The notes under the pieces: generated by a model | The model's database searches: none | What the model was told of the DNA's origin: nothing | What the model saw: only the letters and a program-made list of their open reading frames with translations | Shown here: positions 18,415 to 28,349 of the stretch, in pieces | Numbering within the stretch: position 1 is the stretch's first letter | Layout of the letters: the number at the start of each line of letters is the position of its first letter | Made by a program: the position numbers and the translations under genes | Assembly (NCBI GenBank): GCA_018666805.1 | Contig: JABIXB010000250.1 | Span: 12,557-76,556 of the forward strand | DNA length: 64,000 nt | Reading direction: 5' to 3' | Source: Rhodospirillaceae bacterium | GTDB taxonomy: Bacteria > Pseudomonadota > Alphaproteobacteria > UBA828

Positions 18415-18571
18415 GGGTTTGGCGGCGATGGCGTTCTCCTGAATCAGGTATATCGCTGGTCTAAGCGAGCGGCGAGCTTATCGCCTCGGAGGTGCGGCTG
18501 GCCAGCCGATAGCGGCGCTTGCCTCACACCCTCGGCTATGCTGCCATAGGTCCACAGTGAGGGGAGATTCT

Positions 18572-19669
18572 ATGAAGCTCGGCATGTTCATGATGCCTGT
18601 CAACGACCACAGGCGCGATACCCATACGGTGCTCAAGGAAGATGTCGAGACGGCGGTTGAATGTGACCGCCTCGGTTTCGATGAATTCTGGGTCGGCGAG
18701 CATTACACCACCCTCTCCGAGCCGGTGTCCTGCCCCTTCATGTTTCTCGCCAACCTGATTGCCCGCACCGAGAAGATCAAACTCTGCACCGGCGTGATCA
18801 ATCTGCCGCAGCGCCACCCGGCCCAGGTCGCCGCCCATGCCGCGATGCTCGATCATCTCAGCGACGGCCGCCTGGTGATGGGCGTTTCGCCCGGCGGGTT
18901 GGTCAGCGATTTCGAGATGTTCGGCGTCACCGATCTCCAGGTGCGGCGCGAGATGGCCGGCGAATGCATCGACACGGTATTGAAGCTGTGGGCGACGAAG
19001 CCGCCTTACAATATTTCCGGCAAATATTGGAACATCCGCCTTGATGAGCATTTTTATCCCGATCTCGGCGTCGGCGAGCTGATCAAGCCCTATCAACAGC
19101 CCCACCCGCCGCTCGTCGCCTCGGCCATGAGCCCCAATTCCGGCAGCGTGCACACCGCCGCGATCAAGGGCTGGGGCGTGATCTCGGCCAATTTCGTGCC
19201 GGCTTCGACGATCAAAACCCATTGGGAGGGTTTCAGCGCTTCGTGCAAGGAAGTTGGGCGCATTCCGGAGCCAGCCGATTGGCGCGTCGCGCGCACCATC
19301 TTCGTTGCCGAAGATGACGCTGAAGCCAAGGCCTATGTGCGCAGCCCCGGCAGCCCGTTCGCGCATTATTTCGGCTATCTGGTTGAGCTCATCAAACGTG
19401 CCGAATTTCACGCCATCATGAAGGAAACGCCCGACATGCCGGACGATGCCTTGACGGCGGATTATGCCTGCGAAAACTTCATCATCGCCGGCAGCCCCGA
19501 AAGCGTGACCGAGCAAATCCTGGCGCTGCGCCAAGAGATCGGCCCGTTCGGCACCCTCCTCATGACGGCAGCCGATATGCAGGGCCCGGCGCATAAGCCA
19601 AAAATGCTCGCCTCGATGGATTTGATGGCCAACGACGTGATGCCGCGACTGCGCAAGGCGCTCGCCTAG
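18572..19669 (+). CDS. LLM-class flavin-dependent oxidoreductase (luciferase-like monooxygenase)
   Basis: MKLGMFMMP start typical of LLM enzymes. ATG 18572 with GAGGGGAG SD; the track start 18557 is GTG upstream. TIM-barrel LLM pattern throughout. Confidence 0.75.
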   Translation: MKLGMFMMPVNDHRRDTHTVLKEDVETAVECDRLGFDEFWVGEHYTTLSEPVSCPFMFLANLIARTEKIKLCTGVINLPQRHPAQVAAHAAMLDHLSDGRLVMGVSPGGLVSDFEMFGVTDLQVRREMAGECIDTVLKLWATKPPYNISGKYWNIRLDEHFYPDLGVGELIKPYQQPHPPLVASAMSPNSGSVHTAAIKGWGVISANFVPASTIKTHWEGFSASCKEVGRIPEPADWRVARTIFVAEDDAEAKAYVRSPGSPFAHYFGYLVELIKRAEFHAIMKETPDMPDDALTADYACENFIIAGSPESVTEQILALRQEIGPFGTLLMTAADMQGPAHKPKMLASMDLMANDVMPRLRKALA

Positions 19670-19676
19670 CTCTCTT

Positions 19677-20582
19677 ATGGATGATGTCTTCGCCGACCGG
19701 CTGGACCCGAAGACTCTCAAATCGCTGAACACGCGCTCCGATGTGAAGGGGCTGATCCGCTGGTGCAGTCACCTACTGACACTCGGCGCGCTGGCGGCGT
19801 TGATTTCGCTCATCCCGTTTAGCCCATGGCTGGTGCCGGCCTTGGTGGTCTATGGCGGCTTGCTGATATTTCTCTTCGCACCCCTGCACGAATGCATTCA
19901 CCGCACCGCCTTCCGCTCGCGCTGGCTGAACGATGGCGTGGCACTTCTGACCGGCGCGGTGCTGATCTTGCCGTCCGGTTATTTCCGTGAATTCCATTTC
20001 GCTCACCACCGCCACACCCAGGACCCGGCGCAAGACCCGGAACTGGCGAGCGCCAAACCGGCCAGCCTTGGCGCTTATTTTTGGCTGCTCACCGGCGTGC
20101 CTTATTGGCGCGAGCGAATCACGACGACGCTCGGCCATAGTTTCGGACGAGTTGATGAGGCTTTTATTGCACCACGCAAACGCCCGGCCATAGCGCGGGA
20201 AGCGCGCAGTTACCTTCTTATTTACGCCGCCGCGATTGCGGTTTCAGTGGCAGGGGAGAGCCCGGCCATCGTTCTCTACTGGCTCGCCCCGGCGCTGCTC
20301 GGCCAGCCGGCGCTGCGCCTTTTCCTGAATGCCGAGCATGGCAACTGCCCGCTCACCAAAGACATGCTAAAAAATTCCCGCACCACGCGCAGCAATGCGT
20401 TCGTGCGCTGGTTCGCCTGGAACATGCCGTATCACGCCGAGCACCACGCCTATCCCGGCCTGCCGTTCCATGCGCTCCCGGCGGCGCATCAACATCTGGC
20501 GCCGGCTATCGAAACCCAGGCGAGTGGCTATCTCGCGGTGAATTGGCAATTGCTGGCAACAATTATCAAACGGCTTAGCTAA
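19677..20582 (+). CDS. membrane fatty-acid desaturase family protein
   Basis: Three His boxes (HECIH, HFAHHRH, HAEHHAYP) and hydrophobic segments. Confidence 0.8.
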   Translation: MDDVFADRLDPKTLKSLNTRSDVKGLIRWCSHLLTLGALAALISLIPFSPWLVPALVVYGGLLIFLFAPLHECIHRTAFRSRWLNDGVALLTGAVLILPSGYFREFHFAHHRHTQDPAQDPELASAKPASLGAYFWLLTGVPYWRERITTTLGHSFGRVDEAFIAPRKRPAIAREARSYLLIYAAAIAVSVAGESPAIVLYWLAPALLGQPALRLFLNAEHGNCPLTKDMLKNSRTTRSNAFVRWFAWNMPYHAEHHAYPGLPFHALPAAHQHLAPAIETQASGYLAVNWQLLATIIKRLS

Positions 20583-21813
20583 CCGACCGTGGCGTTACCC
20601 GCTTGCCGACCAGAAAATAAGCCATCATCGGCTCCTTGCCCTTGACCGTGATCATCCCGCGCTCTTCGCAAACATATTCATCCCGCAAATGCGCATAGGT
20701 GTTTTCGGTCAATTGAATACGGTTTTCCATTCCTTGCGATTCCATGCGGCTCGCGATGTTGACCGAATCGCCCCACGTATCATAGGCGAATTTGCGATCG
20801 CCGATGACGCCGGCGACGACCGGCCCGGAATTTATCCCGATCCTGAGGCCGAGCGGTTCGCCAATTTCCTCTCTGAGCCGTGGCATCTCCGCCAGCATGT
20901 CGAGCGCCATGTTGGCAGTCGCCTCGGCATGGTCCGGGCGCACCACCGGCAGGCCGGCGACCACCATATACGCGTCACCGATCGTCTTGATCTTTTCCAG
21001 GCCATGGCGCTCGGTAAGATGGTCGAAGGCCGAAAACACCTTGTTTAACATATCCACCAGTGCATGCGGTGAGGTCCGTCCTGACAGCTTGGTGAAATCG
21101 ACGATATCGGCGAACAGGATTGTCACCTCGGAGAAATCATCGGCGATGGTTTCCTCATTTTCCTCCTTCAAGCGCTCGGCAATCGGCGCCGGCAAGATAT
21201 TCAACAACAGTTCCTCGGATCGCTCGTGCGCCTTCTGGAAGGCGTGAACGAAATAGGTCATCGACACAATAATGGCGATTGACGGCCCGATCAGGTTCAT
21301 GCCGAAGAACAGCATGGACACATCGTGCGACACCGGCTTGGCCCATTGCTGAACCTGGCCATCAAAGACAAGCGAGATCGCAATCAGCCCGAGATAGGCG
21401 GCGAACCACCACAGTGCGATACGCACGGTCTGGAACATGAGGGCGCCGACAGGCGCCAGGATCGACCAGGTCATCACAACGCCCGAGGCCGAAAAACCGC
21501 CAAGGCTCCATTGCATGGCGATCGGGTTCCACAGGATCATCAGGAAAAACGGATACAGCAGCATCTCTATCTGACGTGTGGCGAAAAAAACCATCAGCGC
21601 CACGCCGATCACCGCAGTGAAGCCAAATGTGATGAACATGGTTAGGGTCGGACCGAGGAGCGCCAAATACAGCGCGCCCCAAATAACGCTGGCGACGATA
21701 CAAATGCCGCTCAAAATGACCAGCGTCACCTTATGCCGCCGCTCGTCTACGTTATCCGTATCAAGCGTTGAAAGCTTTTGCAGGCAACTCCCGAGAGCGT
21801 GACGAGACCACAT
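20575..21813 (-). CDS. membrane-anchored class III adenylate/guanylate cyclase
   Basis: About 200 aa N-terminal multi-TM region, then cyclase catalytic domain motifs (ILFADIVDFTKLS, KIKTIGDAYMVVAGLP, GINSGPVVAGVIG, YDTWGDSVNIASRMES). 3' end overlaps the desaturase gene by 8 nt (convergent). Confidence 0.85.
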   Translation of the reverse strand: MWSRHALGSCLQKLSTLDTDNVDERRHKVTLVILSGICIVASVIWGALYLALLGPTLTMFITFGFTAVIGVALMVFFATRQIEMLLYPFFLMILWNPIAMQWSLGGFSASGVVMTWSILAPVGALMFQTVRIALWWFAAYLGLIAISLVFDGQVQQWAKPVSHDVSMLFFGMNLIGPSIAIIVSMTYFVHAFQKAHERSEELLLNILPAPIAERLKEENEETIADDFSEVTILFADIVDFTKLSGRTSPHALVDMLNKVFSAFDHLTERHGLEKIKTIGDAYMVVAGLPVVRPDHAEATANMALDMLAEMPRLREEIGEPLGLRIGINSGPVVAGVIGDRKFAYDTWGDSVNIASRMESQGMENRIQLTENTYAHLRDEYVCEERGMITVKGKEPMMAYFLVGKRVTPRSVS

Positions 21814-21928
21814 CTTGCCAGCCTTTTATTGCCAATCCCGCGATATTATTTTTGGCCGAGATGGAGGATGGCGCCTTGACCTCAATCAAGCGCGCCAAAA
21901 CGGAGATGTCTGGGGAATAGTGCCGGGC

Positions 21929-23275
21929 CTAATAAAGCTCGAGATACTCGTCGCTTTCCCACTGGCTGACATGGTCGTGGAAGCGGCTGAGCTCGTAGCG
22001 CTTCATTTTGGTGAAAATGTCGACGAATTCCTCGCCGAGCATTTCACACAGCGCCTTGTCGGCTTCGAGCATATCGAGCGCCTGGTCGAGCGAGCTCGGG
22101 AAGGGCGGCAGCGATGAATCTTCCTCGCTTGGGCCGTCGCTTTGGCGGCCAAGCTTGCGCTTTTCCTGCATGCCCAAGAGGCCGCAGGCGAGCGTGCCGG
22201 CGGCGCTGAGATAGGGGTTGCTGAGCGACGCAGCGGCGCGCATTTCGACATGCATGGCTTTCGAGCCCGGCGATTTGATGCGCACCATGGCGCTCCGGTC
22301 TTCGGCGCCCCAGCTGATGTTGGAAGGCGCGAAGGTGTGCGGGCGGAGACGGCGGTAGCAATTGGGCGTCGGGTTGAAGAGCGCCATGCAGGCGCCGCCA
22401 TGATCAATCAGGCCTTGCACGAAGTGGCGCATGGTATCCGACATCTGGTCGGGTTTTTTGTTGTCGATAAAGACGTTCTGGCCACCTTTCTTGCGCAACA
22501 GGCTGACATGATAATGGCAGCCCGAGCCGGCGCTGCCGGCGAACGGTTTCGACATGAAGGTCGCCATCATGCCGGCCTGCTGGACGATCTCCTTGACGCT
22601 GTTCTTGAAGGTGTAGCCATTATCGGCGCCAGCCATGCCCTCGGCGTGGCTGTAGACAAGCTCGTATTGCGACGGTGCATATTCGGCGTTGGCGGTTAGC
22701 ATGGGGATGCCGGCGGTGCGCAAGTAATCGACCACCTGGCGGATTATCGGCAGTTGCTCGTTGCGGAGATTGTTGAAGATGTGGATGCCGTCGAAAAACG
22801 GCTGCCGGGTTTCGCGGTCGAGCATGTAAAACTCAAACTCATGGCTCATCACCGCCTTCAGGCCGAGCTTGTCGAGGCGCTTCAGCATTTCACCCATGAG
22901 ATAGCGCGGTGCGGCGCGGAGCGGATCGCCCGATGACCATTCGGTATTGCAGATCACGCGTGCGGTATTTTCGAGCCACGGCACGGTCATCAGCGAATTG
23001 AAATCGGGGATCAGGGTCTGGTCGCGGTAATTGACCTCTTCGTTGTAGCGCGTCCCCGGCACCACATGCGAAGCGCTGTCGACGGCGATGACGCCGCCAT
23101 ACATGTTGACGCCACCCCGGGCAAATTGCTCGAAAAATTCGATCGGCACCTGCTTGGAGCGCGCCGAGCCATGCATATCGGGCAGCTCAAAGCGCACATG
23201 CTGGATGCCGTCACGTTTTAGTTTGGCGAGGATTTTTTCAACTTGGTCCCGGGATTTGCCTTTTGCCTTCGCCAT
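21929..23275 (-). CDS. gmaS: glutamine synthetase family protein, gamma-glutamylmethylamide synthetase (GmaS)-like
   Basis: 448 aa GS-like protein (GS beta-grasp N-domain, then catalytic domain motifs NAEYAPSQYE and SGCHYHVSL). Sits immediately downstream of the mgsABC-like genes, as in N-methylglutamate pathway clusters of methylotrophs. Confidence 0.65.
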   Translation of the reverse strand: MAKAKGKSRDQVEKILAKLKRDGIQHVRFELPDMHGSARSKQVPIEFFEQFARGGVNMYGGVIAVDSASHVVPGTRYNEEVNYRDQTLIPDFNSLMTVPWLENTARVICNTEWSSGDPLRAAPRYLMGEMLKRLDKLGLKAVMSHEFEFYMLDRETRQPFFDGIHIFNNLRNEQLPIIRQVVDYLRTAGIPMLTANAEYAPSQYELVYSHAEGMAGADNGYTFKNSVKEIVQQAGMMATFMSKPFAGSAGSGCHYHVSLLRKKGGQNVFIDNKKPDQMSDTMRHFVQGLIDHGGACMALFNPTPNCYRRLRPHTFAPSNISWGAEDRSAMVRIKSPGSKAMHVEMRAAASLSNPYLSAAGTLACGLLGMQEKRKLGRQSDGPSEEDSSLPPFPSSLDQALDMLEADKALCEMLGEEFVDIFTKMKRYELSRFHDHVSQWESDEYLELY

Positions 23276-23301
23276 CTCGCCCCTCTATGGAAATCACACG
23301 C

Positions 23302-24633
23302 TCAGAATTTGGTCCACCACGGTTTGCGGCCATTGAGACCAACCATCGGAATGCCGGTCATCATCGCCGCTTCGTGAGTTAGCGCACGCATGTCGTTGGG
23401 GTCAAGGTCGGCGACCTTGTTCTTGCCGCAAGAGCGGGCGAAGAGCTGGATTTCCATGGTCATGGCGTTGAGATAGTTGGTCACCCGCTCGGCCGCCTCT
23501 TCGACATCAAGGCGCGCCATCAGTTTGGGCAATTGGGTGGTGATGCCGACCGGGCAGAGGCCGGTGTGGCAGTGTTGGCATTCATAGGGCGTGGTGCCGA
23601 GACGTTCATAATCCTCGAGATAGATCGGCGCGTGGCAATTGAGCGCGATCATCGGCGCGGTGCCGAGATAGACAATATCGGCTCCTAACGCCAAGCATTT
23701 GGCCGCGTCGGCGCCGTTCTTGATGCCGCCGCCGACGATTAATTTGATCTCGTCCTGCTTGCCCATGTCGTGCAGCGCTTCGACCGCCTCGGCCACGGCG
23801 GCGATGGTCGGGATGCCGGCATGATCGAGCTGAATCGCCGGTGAGGCGGCGGTGCCGCCTTCCATGCCGTCAAAGACAATGGCGTCGACATCGGCCTTGC
23901 AGGCAATGCGCACATCGTTGGCGATGCGCGCCGCACCGACCTTGATCGAAATCGGCACTTCGTAATTGGTTACTTCGCGGATCTGCTCGAGCTTCATATA
24001 AAGATCGTCCGCCCCCATCCAATCTGGGTGACGGCAGCCGCTGCGCTGATCGACGCCGGGCGGCAGATCGCGCATCTTGGCCACTTCCTCGCTCATTTTG
24101 AGGCCGAGGAGCACGCCACCGGTGCCGGGCTTGGCGCCCTGGCCGGCGCCGATCTCGATCATGTCGGCTTTTTGCAGATCATAGGGGTTCATGCCGTAGC
24201 GGCTCGGCAGATATTGCATCACCAGCTTGGTTGAATGCTCGCGCTCCTCCGGATGCATGCCGCCTTCGCCGGTGCAAGTCGAGATGCCGCAATTTGTCGC
24301 GGCAATGCCGAGCGCCCGCTTGGCGTTGACCGATAGCGCGCCGAAGCTCATGCCGGCGATCATGATCGGGCGCTCAAGCACGAGCGGGCGCGAGACCCGC
24401 CCTTCGCCGATGGTGACCGTGGTGTCGCAGCGCTCGCGGTAGCCTTCGAGCGGCATGCGCGAGAGGCCGGCCGGAGTGAATACCAAATCGTCGAAGCTTG
24501 GCAGGTCCTGGCGCTTGGTCGCCTGGCCGCGGATTTTATAGCGCCCAAGCTCGGCCTTCTCCTGAATTTCCTCGATCGCATCGGGGCTCCAGGTGCCGCT
24601 ATAGGCGGGTGGTCTTTGAAAGGTATTGCTCAT
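23302..24633 (-). CDS. mgsC: FMN-dependent glutamate-synthase-domain protein (N-methylglutamate synthase subunit C, GlxD/GltB-central-domain-like)
   Basis: 443 aa with glutamate synthase FMN/Fe-S domain patterns (GAGQGAKPGTGG, LIVGGGIKNGADAAKCLALGAD, Cys cluster CHAPIYLEDYERLGTTPYECQHCHTGLCPVG). Confidence 0.7.
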   Translation of the reverse strand: MSNTFQRPPAYSGTWSPDAIEEIQEKAELGRYKIRGQATKRQDLPSFDDLVFTPAGLSRMPLEGYRERCDTTVTIGEGRVSRPLVLERPIMIAGMSFGALSVNAKRALGIAATNCGISTCTGEGGMHPEEREHSTKLVMQYLPSRYGMNPYDLQKADMIEIGAGQGAKPGTGGVLLGLKMSEEVAKMRDLPPGVDQRSGCRHPDWMGADDLYMKLEQIREVTNYEVPISIKVGAARIANDVRIACKADVDAIVFDGMEGGTAASPAIQLDHAGIPTIAAVAEAVEALHDMGKQDEIKLIVGGGIKNGADAAKCLALGADIVYLGTAPMIALNCHAPIYLEDYERLGTTPYECQHCHTGLCPVGITTQLPKLMARLDVEEAAERVTNYLNAMTMEIQLFARSCGKNKVADLDPNDMRALTHEAAMMTGIPMVGLNGRKPWWTKF

Positions 24634-25334
24634 AACGCGTCCTTCCAGGCGGCGAAATCATGCTTGTTGAAATTCCAAAGCGATTTATCGGATTGCAGTT
24701 TTTTGAAGGCTTTCGGCGCCTTCATTTTGTGCTTCTCCAAGAGCGCCAAAATCGCGTCCAGTTCGCCCGCTTCGGGGTCGACCTGCTCGACGCCGCTACC
24801 CATCTCAACGGCTTCGCCGCCGAGCCAGATCTGGCCCTGATACATCGAATCGCCCAGCCCCTTGGCGGCGTTGCCGCAAATGACCAAACGGCCGTTTTGC
24901 ATCATGAAGCCGGACATATAGCCGGCATTGCCGCCGATGATGACATCGCCGGATTTGAGGTAGACGCCGGAGCGCGGCCCGCCATCGCCCTTGACGACGA
25001 CGCGACCGCCGCGCAGCGACGGTGCGGCCGAGGAGGCGGCATTGCCTTCGACGACAACTTCGCCGTTGAGCAGATTATCGCCGACGCCCCAACCGGCGCT
25101 GCCATGGATTTCCGCCGTGACATGGTCACACAGACCAACCGTGTAATAGCCGACATGGCCACGGTAGATCATGTGGATCGGCTTGAGAATGCCGACGCCG
25201 ATATTGTGACGTGCCTGGGTGTTGAGAATCTCGATCTGCTTGACGCCATCATCCGCCGCTTTGCGGATGATATTGTTGATCTCGCGCGTTGCTTTGTCGC
25301 TGCAATCGAGCGTGAACGTTTCTACATTTGCCAT
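24630..25334 (-). CDS. mgsB: GXGXG-motif protein (N-methylglutamate synthase subunit B, GlxC-like)
   Basis: Repeated GXGXG beta-helix motifs (GGNAGYMSG, GNAAKGLG), similar to the glutamate synthase alpha-subunit C-terminal domain. Start at ATG 25334 (MANVETF) with GAGGTG SD, overlapping the mgsA stop by 13 nt. Stop overlaps the mgsC start (ATGA). Confidence 0.65.
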   Translation of the reverse strand: MANVETFTLDCSDKATREINNIIRKAADDGVKQIEILNTQARHNIGVGILKPIHMIYRGHVGYYTVGLCDHVTAEIHGSAGWGVGDNLLNGEVVVEGNAASSAAPSLRGGRVVVKGDGGPRSGVYLKSGDVIIGGNAGYMSGFMMQNGRLVICGNAAKGLGDSMYQGQIWLGGEAVEMGSGVEQVDPEAGELDAILALLEKHKMKAPKAFKKLQSDKSLWNFNKHDFAAWKDAL

Positions 25335-26218
25335 ACGTGCACCTCGCCTGCGCCGGGTTCCCACACTTCCATATCCGCCAGCACACCCTCACGTAAGCTT
25401 TGCGGATCTGACGACAGCGCGACGAATTCATCGGTCTCGGCGACCACCGCCGGTTTGGCGGCGTAGGTATCCTTGACCAACGCGAAGCAATCATTGGTGA
25501 CGGCGATATAGGTGAAGCAGCCATCGAGCTTCTCGATCGAGATGTTGAGCGCGTCCTCGAACGAGGCGCCCTTCGACATTTCGTCGATCAACATGATGGG
25601 GATCACTTCGGAATCATTTTGCGTCGTGAAGTCGTAGCCCTTGAGGGCATAGCTCGCACGCAAATGATGGTAATTGGTGATGTGGCCGTTATGCATGACG
25701 GCGAGATCGGAATTGGCCCGCGCTGTCAGCGGTTGGCCGTTGATGAAATCGATATTGCTCTCGGTGGCGTAGCGCGTGAGGCCCATGGCGAGGCGGCCGT
25801 CATAGGCTTTGAGGTCGAACTGCGCATCAAGATTGGCGACGCCACCCATATGTTTGAGCACTTCCAGATGGCGTCCGATGCTGGCCACGTTGATCTCTGG
25901 GTCAAGCGCTTCAACCGCCGCCACCAAATCCGCCTCGGCGCCGGAATAATCGATCGTCGCGCGGATATAGCCTTCGCCGTCGGTGGCCTGCTTGACCGTA
26001 CCGAGCTGATCGAGCAATTCGAGAACACGCCCGCCGCCGCCCGGCGTGTGGCAATTGACGCCGACATAGAGCAGATTGCCGTCATTGGCGTGCCACAGCG
26101 CGACGCCGGTTGAATCGGGGCCGCGCCGGTAGATGCCGTCGAGAATGCGATAGGCAATCTCGCCGGTCTTCTGGCTATGCTCCGTCGTCTTGTAATAAAT
26201 GCCGCCAACGCCGCACAT
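25322..26218 (-). CDS. mgsA: class II glutamine amidotransferase-like protein (N-methylglutamate synthase subunit A, GlxB-like)
   Basis: Begins MCGVGG (N-terminal nucleophile Cys after Met), the hallmark of class II (Ntn) amidotransferases. 298 aa. First gene of the mgsABC-gmaS arrangement. Confidence 0.7.
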   Translation of the reverse strand: MCGVGGIYYKTTEHSQKTGEIAYRILDGIYRRGPDSTGVALWHANDGNLLYVGVNCHTPGGGGRVLELLDQLGTVKQATDGEGYIRATIDYSGAEADLVAAVEALDPEINVASIGRHLEVLKHMGGVANLDAQFDLKAYDGRLAMGLTRYATESNIDFINGQPLTARANSDLAVMHNGHITNYHHLRASYALKGYDFTTQNDSEVIPIMLIDEMSKGASFEDALNISIEKLDGCFTYIAVTNDCFALVKDTYAAKPAVVAETDEFVALSSDPQSLREGVLADMEVWEPGAGEVHVWQM

Positions 26219-26541
26219 ATCGCTATCTCCGTCCTAATGATGCCGCTTCGCTGAGTTTCATTTCGTTATTTCGATATCACAGAAGGTGGGGCCAGACAAT
26301 GCGCCGGGCGCGAAAATCTGGTCATACCAGATAATTTATTGGAACTCCTTTTGCGCATTTATTTCGCCGCAAGCGCATGTGCGGTGCGTGAAATTTTCCG
26401 TTTTCTAAGGTGATCGGATATATTCTGCCAATCCCAGTGGGGAAAGTCATTGATGGCGCGGCGCGATTGGCGGAGCTTTGTTGCAAAACAGTACCAATTT
26501 GCGAATAGCGAAATAAATCAACTTGTTGAGGGGAAGAAGGC

Positions 26542-28272
26542 ATGGCGAAGAAGAAATTGCATAAGGTCGGGTTAGAGACCGGCGTTGTGATGAAAATGCG
26601 TGATGGCGTCGAGCTGCAGGCCGATGTCTATACGCCGGAGGAGGACGGCGAATATCCGGTTCTCCTCATACGCCTGCCTTACGACAAAACGGTCGCCGAG
26701 GCGCAGGCCTTTTTGCATCCCGAGTGGTATGCCCGTAACGGCTATATCGTCGTCTCGCAGGATGTCCGCGGGCGCGGCGCCTCGGGCGGCGAGTTCGAGC
26801 CGTTCCACAATGAGTGCAATGACGGCGTCGATACCATCAAGGCCTGCGTCAAGCTGAAGAAATCGAGCGGCAAGGTTGGCACCTATGGCTTTTCCTACCC
26901 CGGCCAGACGCAGCTACTCTCCGCCACGAAGCGGCCCAAGGGTTTTGCCACCATGGTGCCGGCCCTGACCTCGGACGGTATGTACGACGATTGGACTTAC
27001 AAGAACGGCGTCCTGCATCAGGCCTTTGTGCAGAGCTGGTCGGCCTATCTCGCCATCAATGAAGTGTTCCGCAAGGGCAAGCCGGCCGATGTCCGCCCGG
27101 TGATCGAAAATTTGGGCGCTGTCTGCGGCAGCCACGATTATCTGCCGATCACCGAGCACCCCAACCTGCCGAAGAAATTCAACAGCTTCTATCACGAGTG
27201 GCTGAAGCACCCCAATTACGATGCCTATTGGAAAAAATGGCAGACGGCGGACCGCTACGGCGAAATCGATGTGCCGGCACTGCATATCGGCGGCTGGTAC
27301 GATATTTTCGTCGAGGGCAATATCCGCAATTTCCTCGGCCTCAGCGCGGGCGCCATGACGGAAGAAGCGCGCGCCGGGCAGAAATTGGTTATTGGCCCGT
27401 GGTATCATATGCCCTGGACCCAGGCGATGGGCGAGATGGATTTCGGCCGCGAGGCGCGCAATCACACCGATGAACTAATGGTGCGCTGGTTCGATCACTG
27501 GCTGCGCGGCGAAGACAATGGCATCATGGAGGAGCCCAAGGTTTCGGTCTTCGTCATGGGCGCCAACAAGTGGCGCCAGTCCAATGAATGGCCGTTCAAA
27601 AACACTAAATTCACCAAATTCTTTATGCACAGCGGCGGGCGCGCCAATTCCTTAAACGGTGACGGCACCCTTAACCGCCAGGCGCCGGGCGACGAGCAGC
27701 ATGACATCTTCGTCAACGATCCGTTCTATCCGGTGCAGAGCATGGGCGGGCGCAGTTGCTGCATCGCGTCGATGACCCCGATGGGGCCGCAGGATCAGCG
27801 CCCGGTCGAGACGCGCAATGACGTGTTGGTCTATTCCACCGCCCGCCTGGCCCAGGATGTGGCCGTGATCGGCCCGGTCGATGTGACGCTCTACGCCGCG
27901 TCCTCCGCCGACGACACGGATTTCACGGTCAAGCTGGTCGATGTCTATCCGGATGGCCGGGCGATTAATATTGCCGATGCCATCCAGCGCGCGAGCCACC
28001 GCGACAGCAGCGAAAAGCCAAGCGCCATCAAGCCGGGCGAGGTTTATGAATATAGCTTCCGGGTCGGTAGCACGGCGATCCGCTTCGCCAAGGGGCATCG
28101 CATCCGGATCGAGGTGGCGAGCACCAATTTCCCGACGTTCGAGCGCAATCTCAACAAGTTCCGCAAGAAACGCGACGGCGGCTATTTCGACGGCATGGTC
28201 GCGACCCAGCGCATTTTCCACGATTCGCGCTACCCGTCGCACATTACGCTGCCGCTGGTACCGGCTGCCTGA
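26542..28272 (+). CDS. CocE/NonD family alpha/beta hydrolase (X-Pro dipeptidyl-peptidase S15-like)
   Basis: 576 aa. N-terminal pattern MRDGVELQADVYTPE...YPVLLIRLPYDK...GYIVVSQDVRGRGASGGEF and nucleophile elbow GFSYPG. C-terminal beta-sandwich domain length fits. Confidence 0.8.
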   Translation: MAKKKLHKVGLETGVVMKMRDGVELQADVYTPEEDGEYPVLLIRLPYDKTVAEAQAFLHPEWYARNGYIVVSQDVRGRGASGGEFEPFHNECNDGVDTIKACVKLKKSSGKVGTYGFSYPGQTQLLSATKRPKGFATMVPALTSDGMYDDWTYKNGVLHQAFVQSWSAYLAINEVFRKGKPADVRPVIENLGAVCGSHDYLPITEHPNLPKKFNSFYHEWLKHPNYDAYWKKWQTADRYGEIDVPALHIGGWYDIFVEGNIRNFLGLSAGAMTEEARAGQKLVIGPWYHMPWTQAMGEMDFGREARNHTDELMVRWFDHWLRGEDNGIMEEPKVSVFVMGANKWRQSNEWPFKNTKFTKFFMHSGGRANSLNGDGTLNRQAPGDEQHDIFVNDPFYPVQSMGGRSCCIASMTPMGPQDQRPVETRNDVLVYSTARLAQDVAVIGPVDVTLYAASSADDTDFTVKLVDVYPDGRAINIADAIQRASHRDSSEKPSAIKPGEVYEYSFRVGSTAIRFAKGHRIRIEVASTNFPTFERNLNKFRKKRDGGYFDGMVATQRIFHDSRYPSHITLPLVPAA

Positions 28273-28349
28273 GCCCCGCCGGGCACGCTTGACCGCTACC
28301 ATATGGTGCCATAGTCTGGTCAGACCAGATGGTATCGGAGGAGCGGGTC